DNA of 64,000 nucleotides, from positions 35,308-99,307 of the forward strand of contig JAXGQJ010000006.1 of the NCBI GenBank assembly GCA_040766505.1, in the 5' to 3' direction. This document shows positions 42,246 to 54,666 of the stretch, in pieces. A program made the position numbers and the translations under genes. The DNA comes from Clostridiales bacterium. GTDB lineage: Bacteria > Bacillota > Dehalobacteriia > UBA7702. Within the stretch, counting starts at the first letter, position 1. Each line of letters opens with the position of its first letter. The notes beneath the pieces are model-generated. The model saw nothing but the letters and a program-made list of their open reading frames with translations, did no database searches and was not told the origin of the DNA.

Positions 42246-44803
42246 TTAGGAAGTTAAGATTTCAATCAGGGCATGGGCCGCCATAGGGTCAAACTGGGTG
42301 CCGGCATTGGCCCGGATTTCGGCGATGGCTTCCCGCTTCGACATTGCGGCGCGGTAGAGCCGGTTTTCCGTCATTGCGTCATAGGCGTCGACCACCGCGA
42401 GTATGCGGGAAAGGAGGGGAATTTCCGTTCCCTTCAATCCCGGGATAACCGTAACCGTCCCAGCGTTCATGATGGCAAAGGACGTATTCGGCGATCTTTA
42501 GATCCGGGCAGGACATGATGATTTGGCTGATTTCCGAATGGCGCTTCATGATTTCCCATTCCTCTTTTGTCAATTTGCCGGGCTTGTTCAGGATACGGTC
42601 GTCGATGCCCACCTTGCCGATATCGTGCAATAGCGCGGTAAAGCTCCAGCTCATCAAGGCTTTGCTGGGAAAGGTTCAGCTTCATGCCCAAAAGTGCGCG
42701 ATAGGATGATCATCCGCTCGGAATGTTCCTCCGTTTCTTGGCTGCGGGCATACATCGTCGCCATAATCGAGGAGAGGATGGCATTGTGGGCGCTGTTGCG
42801 GTTGAGGAGTTTTCTGCGGGCCAGGGCTTCCGTGGCTCTTTTGATGGTGTCGTCGATTTCTTCTTCCAGATTGCCGGCAGCTCCAGCCCATGGACAGGCT
42901 GATGGTGCCGGCGCCCTTTTTCTTGTCGGCACGTTCATTTTGTAGCGCGGTGCGGATCATGCGCTGGATGGCCGCGGCGGTTTCGTTGTCGGTATCGGGG
43001 AGAAGGGATGGTAAAATCGATCGCCGCCGGTGCGAGCAAGGATGTCGCTGTCCCTGCAACAGGAAAGCAGGATATTGGCGGCTTCCTGGATGATTCTATC
43101 CCCTTCCTGTAGGCCGAAAGCATCGTTTATCAGCTTCAGGCCATTGATATCGGCGATGACCGACAGCGGGAAAACCCGGAACCAGCCGACCCGCTTTTTT
43201 GTCAAAATAAAAAGCGCGGCTGTGCAAACCGGTGATGCAGTCATAATCGCTTAGATATTCGATGCGCCGCTGCTGCTCTTGGGTGGTGATGTCGATGATG
43301 ATGCCTTCCAAAGCCTCAATGCGGTTTTGTTCATTGTAGACGCCCTGGCCCGCCTCCATCACCCATTTTACTCTGCCGTCGGCGGTGGTGATCTGGTATT
43401 CCAAACGCAGGGTGGTGCGGGTGGCGACGGCTTTTTTCCAGGCCTCCCAAATCATTTGGCGGTGCTTGGGCACAATCAGGCTATTATAGGTCACAACGCG
43501 ATTGTGCAGCAGATCCTCGGGGCGATAGCCGGTGAGGGCCAGGCAGCCGTCGGATACGAAACACATCGTCCAATCCTCGTCATATTTGCAGCGATAGGCT
43601 ATGCCGGAAAAGGGAAAGGCAAATGGCGCGGCTGCGCTCGCTTTCCAGCAGATTGCGCTCGCTTTCCATCTGCCCGGTGATGTCCTCGGCGAGGCAAGAG
43701 AGATAGCGATCGGTGCCGCCTTCGTCCGATTGCAGCCTGGTGAGGATCATATGCACCCAAACGGTGGAACCGTCGGGCTTCACGATAGCTGTTTTTCTAA
43801 AGGTATAGCCGTCGGTTTCCCCGGCCTTGAAACGGGCAAACCGTTTGATGCTGTCTTGTAAATCGTCGGGGTGGGTAAATTCCGTCCAATCCAGCTTGCC
43901 AAGCTCTTTCGGCGCCCTGCCCGGCGATGGCCTCAAAGGCCCGGTTGATATGGGAAACCAGCCGATAGTCCCGGCCGACGGCGATGCCGACGGGAACTTG
44001 GTCGAAGATCGTCGTGGTGTTGGTGATTTCTCGCTTTTCTTCCAGATTGTGGTTGATCGAAGTCAGGTATGCGTTTTTTCTCCATACCGAAGAGAGGACA
44101 AAAGCAGAAAGAGGAAACAGAAGGCGATGACGATGACTTACCCCATTTGAAGCAGGGCATTTTGCTGCCAGAGGGCGCCTTCGTATTCGGTGGCGAGGGC
44201 CGCGATAACGTCGCCGGTTTTCGGATTATGGATCGGAACCAGCACTTGAACGATGCCCTTTTCATGGTCGGCGGCGTGGACGGTGGCGGCGCTTTGTGAA
44301 AACGGAACGGCGAAAGCCGCCTCCGTCTCCGGATCCCAACGGGGTAAGGTGGGGTTTCTCCACTTTGTGGGGCCGGCGCCGACGAGAAGCGTCGCCGCGC
44401 CGTCCTTCATCGTATAAATGTAGGCATATTGGATGCCGCCGTTTATAGATCGGTATTGCCTCAGCTTGTCCCATAATTTTTGGTATGCTTCGCCCTCTTC
44501 TCCGCCGCTTGCGGCGATAAGCCCCGTTAGAAGCTCCTGTGGAAGCAGCGACGCCGTCGAATGGCCCAGTTGGATGGCGGCCTGTTTTTGTTGCTCCATC
44601 GTGCTTTGCCAAGTATGGCAACCATAGGCGAAACCGCCCAACAATAAAAGCAAAGCGCCGATGGACAGCATGGCCTTGATCAGCCGGGTTTCTTTAGCGG
44701 GCAAGGATCTTTTGGGTTTTTCTCTCGGTGCTGGTTTTCGCATCAAACGCTCACTTTCATTTTTATGAGAAATCGCGTTCCCGAAACGCCGGAGCAGGTT
44801 CAT
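42246..44803 (-). CDS. Extracellular sensor-PAS-PAS-GGDEF-HD-GYP protein (many frameshifts; start 44803 or 44743)
   Basis: TM plus extracellular domain; THPDD..KPDGS.VW; [14 protein letters not shown]; [27 protein letters not shown]; [23 protein letters not shown]. Confidence 0.85.
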
Positions 44804-45001
44804 TGCCGGTAAGCGGCGCCGTTCTCCGGAGAAGAACCGGCTTCACGGGCGACTTTCATACCTGTTGGATGGGGATTCGGTGGCAAAGATGGCAAAAATC
44901 GGTGTGGCCCACCCTTTAGCGGGAAAACCGCCGAGCCACAGCGCCGCTCTATGACCGCAAAAGTCACAAAAAGGAAACATTGTTAAAATTTACACTATTT
45001 T

Positions 45002-45030
45002 ATTATACGTCCGAATGGCCCATAAGGCAA
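45002..45030 (-). promoter_or_regulatory. Sigma-A promoter of the PAS-GGDEF/HD-GYP gene
   Basis: Minus strand TTGCCT-17 nt-TATAAT. Confidence 0.55.
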
Positions 45031-45232
45031 TCGGTTTTTATACTATTTTGTCGTATTTTTGATAAAAAGTTGCGGCATCCCTGTTAAAAGAGGAGCGTTT
45101 TGATTGGCATGGAACCGGCATGGCATAAGGGGGTTCCCGTTTGCCCCGGCTATGCCGGGAAGCAAAGGCCGGGAAGCCTCTTTTATGACGGTTTCCTTTG
45201 CGGCGGGCCGGTATTGCCCGGGGCCGGGATTC

Positions 45233-45261
45233 TTGAAAAAAAACCGAAAGTGGCGTATAAT
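45233..45261 (+). promoter_or_regulatory. Sigma-A promoter of uvrBA
   Basis: TTGAAA-17 nt-TATAAT. Confidence 0.65.
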
Positions 45262-45319
45262 GGTTGCTACCAAATGACCGGGTAATCGGCGGTTGCCCGG
45301 GGACAGGGGAAGGAAAAAG

Positions 45320-47274
45320 ATGGGAAACTTTGTACTGAAAGCGCCCTTTGAGGCGGCCGGGGGGCAGCCCCAAGCCATCGAAGCGCTATATTCCGCTCTG
45401 CTCCGCGGCGAGAAAGAGCGGATTTTGCTGGGGGTCACCGGTTCCGGCAAGACCTTTACGATGGCCAATGTGATCGCCCGCCTGCAAAAGCCGGCATTGG
45501 TGATCGTTCACAATAAAACATTGGCGGCGCAGCTTTGCGGCGAGTTTAAGGAGTTCTTCCCCGACAATGCCGTGGAGTATTTCGTCAGTTACTATGACTA
45601 TTACCAGCCGGAGGCCTATGTGCCGAGAAGCGATACTTATATCGAAAAGGACGCTTCCATCAACGATGAAATTGAGAAGCTGCGCCATTCCGCCACCGCC
45701 GCTCTGTTTGAACGCAGGGATACGATCATTGTGGCCAGCGTTTCCGCCATTTATGGCCTGGGCTCGCCGGAAGATTACAGCGCGAGATGGCCTTAAGTCT
45801 GCGGGAAGGGCAAACATTGCCCCGGGATGAGATTGTAAAAGCTGGTTAATATTCAATATAATCGCAATCCGCTGGATCTGAAGCGCGGTGAATTCCGGGT
45901 TCGCGGCGACGTGATCGAGATTTTTCCCGCATCCTATACCGCCAGCGCCATTCGGGTGGAGCTGTTCGGCGACGAGGTGGAGCGTATCGTGGAGACCGAT
46001 ATCGTCACCGGGGAAGTGCTGTCCAGCTTGCGCCACGCGATGATCTTCCCGGCTTCCCACTATGTGACGGAGCCCGATAAGATGCAGGCGGCCCTTGCGC
46101 AGATTGGCGAAGAGTTGGAACAGAGATTGGCGGATCTGCGAAGCCGCAAAAGCTGCTGATAGCAGCGGCTGGAACAGCACCCGCTTTGATATGGAGATGA
46201 TGCTGGAGCCGGCTATTGTCAGGGATCGAAAACTATTCCCGGCATCTGACGGGGCGCGGCCCGGGGAAGCCCCTATACATTGATGGATTTTTTCTCATGA
46301 CTTTTTGCTCTTTGTCGATGAAAGCTATGTCACCATTCCCCAGGTTACGGCGCAATGTACAAGGGGGATCGTTCTAAGGAAACTCTGATCGACTACGGTT
46401 TTCGCCCGCTCCTCCGCCCCTCGACAACCGGCCGCATGCCTACGAATTTGAGCGGAAGATCAACCAGATCGTCTATGTTTCCGCGACGCCGGGAACGAGA
46501 TGGGCCGGGCGGTTCCGATTGTGGAGCAGATCATCCGCCCCACGGGGCTTTTGATCCCCGGATTGAGGTGCGCCCCACCGCCCATCAGGTCGACGATTTG
46601 CTGGGGAAATCGACCTTTGCATCGGCAAAAACCAGCGGGTACTGATCACGACGCTGACAAAAAAGATGGCGGAGGGTTTGACCAATTATCTGAAAGAGGT
46701 CGGGATCAAGGTAACCTATCTGCACTATGACGTCAAGACATTGGAGCGGAGGGAGATCATCCGCAATCTGCGGCTCTCGGTGTTTTCGATGTGCTGGTGG
46801 GCATCAACTTGTTGCGGAAGGGATCGACATCCCGAAGTTTCGCTGTGGCGATTTGTAGACGCCGATAAGGAAGGTTTCCTGCGGGCGGAGCGTTCGCTGA
46901 TCCAAACCATCGGCCGGGCGGCCCGGACGAAGAGGGCAAGTGATCATGTATGACCGGATCAGATTCCATGTCCGTGGCCATCGGCGAAACGGAGCGGCGC
47001 CGGGAAGCCCAGATCGCCCATAATGAAGCCTTATGGCATCGTGCCGCGCACCGTCGTCAAGGACGTCCGCGCCGCGCTGCATGTGACTCAGGTGATAAGG
47101 GAGGGAAAACTTTCTGAAATGATGAAGGACAAGAAAAAACGGGAAAAGATGGTCGCATCACTGGAAAAAGAGATGAAGAGGGCGGCGAAGGAACTGAACT
47201 TCGAACGTGCCGCCCAGTTGGACATCATCATAAATTGCGCCGCGGGCAGAGGAGATCAAGTTGCGAAAAGATAA
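45320..47274 (+). CDS. uvrB: Excinuclease ABC subunit B (many frameshifts)
   Basis: [58 protein letters not shown]. Confidence 0.95.
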
Positions 47275-50106
47275 AATCATCATCAAAGGGCCAGAGAACA
47301 CAATTTAAAGGATCTGAATTTGGAAATTCCCAGGGATAGCCTGCTGGGTGATCACCGGCATCAGCGGATCCGGTAAGTTCCCTCGCTCGATACCAGCGAG
47401 GGCAGCGGCGCTATGTCGAATCCCTGAGCGCCTATGCCCGGCAATTTCGGTCAAATGGAGAAGCCGGACGTCGATAATATCGAGGGCCTGTCCCCGGCGA
47501 TTTCCATCGACCAAAAGACCACCAGCCGGACCCGCGCTCTACCGTGGGTACGGTAACGGAAATTCACGATTATCTGCGGTTGCTTTTTGCCCGGGTTGAC
47601 ACCCCCATTGCCCCAATGTGGCCGCCCCATCCGCCAGCAGACGGTGGAACAGATGGTGGACGCCGTAAAAACTAAAGCCGCCGGGAACGAAATTCCAAAT
47701 TCTGGCGCCGCTGGTTCGGGGCCGAAAAAGGGGAGTACCAGAAGCCGTTCGGAAGATATGAAAAAGGCAGGTTTCGTGCGGGTGCGGGTGGACGGAAAAA
47801 TCCACGATCTCGGCAGGAAATTTTGCCGGAAAAGCAAAAGAAGCACAGCATCGAACTGGTGGTGGATCGGCTCGTGCTGCGGGCCGACATCGACCGCCGC
47901 TTGGCTGGATTCGCCGAATTGGCCCTTTCCTATGGTGGCGGTATCGTCGATGAAATCGACGGGAAGAGACGGTGTTCAGCAAGAATTGCCGCCCTGACTG
48001 TAATATCAGCATTGAAGAGATGATGCCCAGGATGTTCTCTTTCAACAACCCTTCGGTGCTTGCCCTTCCTGTGACGGTCTGGGGTACCGGATGAAGATCG
48101 ATCCGGAACTGTTGGCCCCCAATGAAAATCTGACGATCCGGGAGGGGGCACTCTCCTCTCTCAATATCGGCAATATTCAAAGCTGGTATTTCAGTTGCCT
48201 TGCGGCGGTGGCGCGGGAATACGGCTTTTCCCTTGATGTGCCGTTCAAAGAACTGTCGGCGGAAGCGCGGCGGGTGATCTTCTTTGGCATCGGGGAGCAA
48301 AAGGTCAAGGTGGAATATTCCCACGACAATGGCAATGTCCGCACCTATATGGGGTCTTGGGAGGGGCTGGTCAACAATTATGAACGCCGCCATAAAGAAA
48401 CCAATTCCAATTATATCCGGGAAGAATTGGAAAAATATATGTCGTTTAAGCCCTGTCCCGTTTGCGGCGGCGCCCGGTTGAAAAAGGAAAGCCTCGCCGT
48501 GACGGTGGGGGAACGCAATATTTATGAAATCAGCAATTTTTCCATCCGGGAGGCGATGGATTTTTTCGCCGCCCTCACTCTGTCGGAACGGGAGGGGCTG
48601 ATCGCCCGGCAAATTTTGAAGGAAATCAAAGCCCGCCTCAGTTTTCTCGTCAATGTCGGCCTCGACTATATCACTTTAAGCCGCAGCGCCGGTACACTGT
48701 CCGGCGGTGAAGCCCAGCGCATTCGCTTGGCCACCCAGATCGGCTCCGGGCTGACCGGCGTTCTCTATATCTTGGACGAGCCCAGCATCGGTTTGCACCA
48801 GCGGGACAACCGCAAGCTGATCGAGGCTTTGAAGGGCTTGCGGGATCTGGGCAATACCGTCATCGTCGTCGAGCACGATGAAGAGACGATGGAAGCCTCG
48901 GATTATATCATCGACATCGGCCCCGGCGCCGGCATCCACGGCGGCGAGCTGGTGGCGGAAGGCCCGCCGGCCTTGTTCAAGCAGCATGAAACATCGGTCA
49001 CCGCCCGCTATCTTTCGGGCCGGTCTTCGATCCCGCTGCCGGACAAGCGCCGCCTCCGCAATGGCAAGAGCATCACCATCAAAGGCGCCCACAAGCACAA
49101 TCTGCACAATCTCGATGTCGAGATTCCCCTCGGCGTTTTCGTGGCGGTTACCGGTGTTTCCGGCTCCGGGAAAAGCACACTGATCAACGATATTCTCTAC
49201 CACACCCTGGCCTATCGCCTGCACCGAGAACCGCTATATGCCCCGGGATTTCGCTTCTATCGACGGCATTGAGCATCTCGACAAGGTGATTAACATCGAC
49301 CAAAGCCCCATCAGCCGTACGCCGCGGAACAATCCCGCAACCTATACCGGGGTTTTGATCTGATCCGGGATCTGTTCGCCCAAACCCAAGAGGGCCAGTG
49401 GGTATAAAAGGGGCGTTTCAGCTTCAATGTCCGGGGCGGCCGCTGTGAAGCTTGCCGAGACGGCATCATCAAGATCGAAATGCACTTCCTGCCGGACATC
49501 TATGTTCCCTGTAAGAGTCTGTAAAGGAAAGCGCTATAACCGGGAAACCCTGAAGTCTATTATAAAGGTAAAAACATCGCCGACATCCTTGCCTTAACCG
49601 TCGACGAAGGGGTGGACTTCTTTCAAAACATCCCGAAAATCCACCGTAAGCTAAAAGACATTGCAGGATGTGGGCTTGGGTTATATCCATCTGGGGCAAC
49701 CCGCCACCACCTTATCCGGCGGCGAAGCCGGCGGGTAAAATTGGCGACGGAGCTGGCGCTGGGACTTACCCGGCAATGCCCTACCATCTATATCGCCAGC
49801 GAGCCACCACCGGCCTGCATACCGCCGACATCGCTTGCCTGCTCGACGTTTTGAACCGTCTGGTGGAAAACGGCGACACCGTCGTGATGATCGAGCACAA
49901 TCTCGATGTGATCAAAACCGCCGATTATATCATCGATTTGGGGCCGGAAGGCGGCGACCGGGGCAGCCGGGTGATTGCCGCCGGTTCCCGGAGAATATCT
50001 GATCACCCAGGAACAGTCCTATACCGGCCATTTCTTAAACCGATTTTGCAGGGCGGCCTTTGGCGGAACGCAAAGACCAAAACGGATAAACCAGGAGGAA
50101 GCGTGA
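47261..50106 (+). CDS. uvrA: Excinuclease ABC subunit A (many frameshifts; end approximate)
   Basis: [68 protein letters not shown]. Confidence 0.95.
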
Positions 50107-50252
50107 CAGGAAGAGCGCTTTCCCCAAACCGCAAACAAAGCCGCCGCGGGCCGAGCCAGTGGGCTTTGCCTGCAAGCCGGGGTTTTCTTTGACAGCCCGG
50201 TTTCGCAATTTCCCTTTGGCGGCATACAGTATAGGGGAAGGGGTGATCGGGC

Positions 50253-50531
50253 ATGGAGGAAACAAAGCACCGTTTTTCCATGGATAACCGGACGCTGATG
50301 GATGTAAACGGCGTCCTGAAAGTGGAAAGCAGCGACGAAGGCATGATTCTATTAAAAACAGCGATGGGCGATATGGTCGTCGCCGGGGAAGGCTGCACAT
50401 CCGTCACCTCGATTTGGAGCGGGGCGAGGTCACCATCGGCGGCCGTTTTGACGGACTGCAATACCCCGGCGCGCCGCTGGAACAAAGCGAAGGCCAAGGG
50501 CAATGGCCTGATGAAGCGTTTGCTCAAATAG
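50253..50531 (+). CDS. yabP: Sporulation protein YabP (frameshifted)
   Basis: H....NR....V.GV..VES.D....L.T.MG; CATACAGT sigma-E/K-like -10 at 50223; yabP-yabQ-divIC synteny. Confidence 0.8.
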   Translation: MEETKHRFSMDNRTLMDVNGVLKVESSDEGMILLKTAMGDMVVAGEGCTSVTSIWSGARSPSAAVLTDCNTPARRWNKAKAKGNGLMKRLLK

Positions 50532-50539
50532 GGAGCCCC

Positions 50540-50967
50540 ATGACGGAATACCTTGATCTGATCGCGCTGGTCGGCTGGGGTTTCTGCCTGGGGGCCCCTC
50601 TTTTGCCTTTACCGCAGGCTCTTTGCGCTGGAAGGGCGAAGACGTTATTCCCTCTGTTATATCCTTTGGTGGATCGGTTTGGTGGTTTTGACCGTCCTCT
50701 TTCTCCTTTGGGTCAATGGGGGGCGGCTGCGTCTGTACGGCCTGTTCGGCATGGCCCTCGGCGTCGCCATCTTCTATCAGTGGTTTTGGCCCCGTTGGGG
50801 GCAAGCCTAACAAAAATCTTTCAGCGAATTCTCCGTGGATTTTCCTTTTCTTCGTCGGCCTTAGGGGGTTTCCGCGTTGCTTTTCCCCCTCGGCTTCGTG
50901 CTGGGGCTTTTGGGAAAGTTCATCGAGCATCTCTTCTACCCATTGCGAAAGCTGGCCGGAAAGATGA
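50540..50967 (+). CDS. yabQ: Spore cortex protein YabQ (frameshifted)
   Basis: Hydrophobic pieces with an NGG.LRLY-like segment; position between yabP and divIC. Confidence 0.6.
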
Positions 50968-51074
50968 AAAAAAACCTTTTGCAGGATGGGGAGGAATAGG
51001 CTATAATGGTGGCAAAATCGTGGACAGAGAAAAAACGGCGCCGCCAGTTTGAACCGATTAAAGTTGGTGTGAAA

Positions 51075-51401
51075 ATGAAAATACGAATCAAAAAACAAAG
51101 ACCGATGGCGCTTTGCCTTCTGCTCGCCGTCGCTTTCGTCGTTTCCGGTTTTTTCAGCAATTCCTGAAAATTTATGATCTCAACCGGGAGGTTCAATGCC
51201 TGAAGCGGACAGAGCGGCGCTGGAGGAGAAAAAGACCGCGCTGGAGGAAGAAGTGGTGCTCCTTCATGACGATCAATACCTGATGGTGCTGGCCGGGAAA
51301 ATTTCGGCATGATCCTGCCGGGAGAAAAGCTATATCTTCCCAGCACCGAAACGGAGGACATGATGCCCCATAAAGCCGTTAGCGGCGATATCCTGCATTG
51401 A
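51075..51401 (+). CDS. divIC: Septum formation initiator DivIC/FtsB (frameshifted)
   Basis: Basic N-terminus, TM helix, coiled coil, ARENFGMILPGEK. Confidence 0.75.
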
Positions 51402-51469
51402 CCAAACGGCGGCGGCAAGGCGCTTTCGGTCTGATCGGCGCATATCGGCCGATAACGGGAAAATAAAGG

Positions 51470-51498
51470 TTGACACTGCCGACCCCATTTTGTATAAT
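51470..51498 (+). promoter_or_regulatory. Consensus sigma-A promoter of the S1-domain gene
   Basis: TTGACA-17 nt-TATAAT. Confidence 0.75.
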
Positions 51499-51536
51499 TT
51501 TTGTTAGATGTAAGTATTTTTAGGAGGCCTTGTCGA

Positions 51537-51895
51537 ATGGAGTTTGCCGTTGGTGATATTGTGGAAGGGATAGTAACCGGGATTGCAAATTCGGCGCTTT
51601 CGTCAAATTGCCGGGCAAAAAAGTTGGTTTGGTGCATATTTCAGAAGTGGCGGACGCTTATGTGAAAGAGGTCGGCGACTTTCTTCAGGAACAGGAAAAC
51701 GTCAAGGTCAAGGTGATTTCCATTGAGGACAATGGCAAAATCAGCTTATCGATCAAAAAGGCGAAGGCAGTTCCCCGTCGAGGCCCATGAAGCCGCACCT
51801 TCCTTCGACGACATGCTCAATAAATTTATGCGGGATAGCAATGAGAAGCTGGGGAACTCAAGCGCCATCAGGAAGGCCGCAAAAGCGGCAAATAA
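51537..51895 (+). CDS. S1 RNA-binding domain protein, YabR/YugI-like (frameshifted)
   Basis: MEFAVGDIVEGIVTGI; GLVHISEVADAYVKEV..VKVKV..GKISLSIKK; SFDDMLNKFMRDSNEK. Confidence 0.85.
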
Positions 51896-52269
51896 TTGAT
51901 AGGTCATGATATTATGATAAAAAAGGGCCGGGTTTCAGGAAAGAAACAAGGCCCCGGAGTATAGATAAAGCCGCCGTGCGGCCCGAACTTTAGGTCGGCG
52001 AGCCCCGACGAACGGCCTAGAGCCAGGTGGGAATAGAAGCCCGAGTACAGCGTATAGCGACATGCGGCGAGGACGGCACACACTATACGCACGATGCCGC
52101 CGGCCGTTTGTCGAAGCCCGGGGGCCAGGTCTTTCCAGGAACGGCGCCAAACGTGAACAAAACTTATGCCAAGCGGTTTTGTCTAGGGCCCGGCTGAGTT
52201 ACGGCAAGCCGTGCGGCGCCGCACGGTTGCTTTTGGAACAAAGCCGGGAGGACGGAAGGGGGAATGGCC

Positions 52270-53138
52270 ATGCGGGCCGCCATCGACATCGGCGGCAATA
52301 GCTTGCGCCTGATGGTGGGGGAGATTGGCCCCGACCGGCAAAGTTCGTCCACTATCAGGAGGTGGAGGAAACCCGGCTTGGCGACAGGTCTCGGGAGCGG
52401 CAACCTCGGCAACAATAAGACCATCGGCCGCACCTTCGCGGTTGCAATCTTGGCGGCGGCGCTTGGCCGCCGGGGCGTCGCTTCGGTGCGGGTCTTTGCC
52501 ACCAGCGCCATTCGGGACGCCGCCAATCGGGAAGAGTTCAGCAAAGAAATAGCCAAGCGATTTGTGGCTGGCATCTTCGGGTTTTGTCCGGGGAAGAAGG
52601 AGGCCTATTTTCCTTTCACGGCGCCATATCCGCGTTTCCGTACCGTCGGCAAGAAACATTGCTCTTTGACGTCGGCGGTGGCAGTACCGAAGTGATCGGC
52701 TATGAGGATGGGCGGCTTCTCGGCGTCAGCGCGCAGCTTGGGGCCGTTCGCTGGTCGGCCATGGGCTATTCCCGGCCACAAGCAAAGGAGATTCTGCTGC
52801 AAGCCGTGGATGGCCACCGTTTTTGGGGGCGCGACATTTTGTCGCCGTCAGCGGCACCATCACAACGGCGGCGGCGATTTTACAGGAGATCGCGGTCTAC
52901 CGCCGGGAAACTGATTCAAGGCCTGGAAATAGAAAAAGCAAGCCTTACAGCATTGCATGCAAGGCTCGCCAGTCTTTCCTGGCGGAGCGGAAAAGATCGT
53001 CGGAATGCCGGCCAAACGGGCGGACATTCTGCCCTATGGTCTAGAAATTTTCCTACTGCTCGCGGAAATATTTTCGCGCAAAAATCTCTATGTGACGACG
53101 CCGGTATCCTCGACGGTATGCTCTTCACCCAAACATAG
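52270..53138 (+). CDS. Ppx/GppA phosphatase family protein (frameshifted)
   Basis: AAIDIGGNSLRL, ATSAIRDAAN, SGEE, FDVGGGSTE. Confidence 0.85.
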
Positions 53139-53176
53139 GATACCGGCGCTAAAACAAGCGGACGGCATTGCGGCCC

Positions 53177-53413
53177 CTATTTACCCGAAGAAGGCTTAGA
53201 TTTCATCGCCAAAACTTTCACCAATTGATCGATGACTTTGCCGGTATTGTTGGCACGGTCGAGGGCATTGCCGAGGTGGTGCTTATGGGCGGCGGTGATC
53301 GTATTGAATTTTTCCGCTCCGCTCAAAAGATAAAAATAGGCTTCGGAGATGTCCCGTAGCATTTTCGCCGCTTCTTCCGGCGTATAAGGGCAGTTGTTGT
53401 CGAAGTCCTGCAT
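53177..53413 (-). CDS. Small hypothetical protein (78 aa)
   Basis: AAGGAGG RBS; intact ORF in an intergenic gap; sigma-H-like promoter upstream. Confidence 0.7.
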   Translation of the reverse strand: MQDFDNNCPYTPEEAAKMLRDISEAYFYLLSGAEKFNTITAAHKHHLGNALDRANNTGKVIDQLVKVLAMKSKPSSGK

Positions 53414-53627
53414 GTCATATCCTCCTTGTATTTTATTTGACTTTATGTCAATTCGACAAAAAATATGCGATTTCCGCGGGCGTGAAAAGCCGCCGGCGGG
53501 GATGTCAGCTGTCCGGGCCGTTTCGGCCCGGTTTTTCTTTTGGGCCTTTGCCGGTGTCGCCTCCGGTTATAACGGCCCTCTTCCCGGCATAAGGATGAAA
53601 AGCAGCGAAAATAAGGAGCCTCGGTTC

Positions 53628-54666
53628 ATGGATGCCAAAGAAATCGTCGCCTACCATTATCCTATACAGTTGGAAGAGATTCTGCCACTCAAAGAAGGGA
53701 AAGTTTGGCTGGTGAAAGCGAGAGAGGGGCCTTTTATTTTAAAGGCCCTCCATTTTCCGGTGGAAGAATCGCTTTTCATCATGAAGGCAATGCGCCACTT
53801 GCAAACGGCGGGATTTGAAAACTTCAACCGGGTTGCCGCCACCGAAAACGGGGAAAGTTTGGTCGGGGATGGCGGCAAATATTTTTTTCTCAGCCGCTTC
53901 GTGCCGGGGCGCGCCGCCGATTTCACGGAAACGGCGGATATGGAAAGCGCCGTCGCCACCCTTGCTTCCTTTCACCGGGCCGCCCGGGGCTTCGATCCGC
54001 CGCCCTTTCCCGGCCGCATCAAATGGGGGGTTTGGCCAACGATGATCGAAGCCAAAATGGAGGATCTGCGCCGCTTTGGCGAAATGGTGAAAAAAAAGCG
54101 AAAAAGAACCCATTTTGACTGTCTGTATCTGCGCCATTATCCTTATTATTTGGATGAAATGGCCGCTGCCGCCGGTTATTTTCAGGGCGCGGCATATTTG
54201 GCGCTGTCCCGGGCGGAACGGGAGGCCGGCGGATTCTGCCATCACGATCTCGCCCACCATAACTTTCTGATCGCTGAAAACGGCGCGGCGGGGCTGATCG
54301 ATTTTGATTATGCCATTGCCGACCTCCGCGTCCATGACCTCGCCAATTTTCTGGTTAAACTTTTAAAGCACCACAACTGGGATGAAGCGGTGGCCCTTTT
54401 CGCCCTGGAGGCATATGATAAAGCAGAAACCATCAACCGGGAAGAGCGCCGCGTCCTCTTGGGGATGCTTCGCTTCCCGCAGGACTTTTGGCAGGTGGCC
54501 TTCGCCCGCTATGCGGAGGAAAGCCGGGAGGCTTTGCGCCTGGAAAAAGAAAATGCAGCGGTGGACCGGCGAGCGTGGCCTGCGCCATGACGCCTTTTGG
54601 CTTTGGAAAAAGCGTTTTAACGCGGCATTGAACGCCCGGAGTCTTGTATCGGAGGGATCGCTTTGA
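53628..54666 (+). CDS. CotS-family spore coat kinase-like protein (frameshift near the 3' end)
   Basis: LASFHRA, FCHHDLAHHNFLI..IDFDY..DLRVHDL, FPQDFWQ; ATA-16 nt-CATAAGGAT upstream. Confidence 0.85.

Noticed and set aside
42990-43040. Possible degenerate GGD(R/D)F motif in the PAS-GGDEF/HD-GYP protein
   Set aside because: The motif coincides with a frameshift error, so the true residue cannot be read.
45040-45320. LexA (Cheo) box upstream of uvrBA
   Set aside because: No GAAC-N4-GTTC found; absence alone is weak evidence of unusual regulation.
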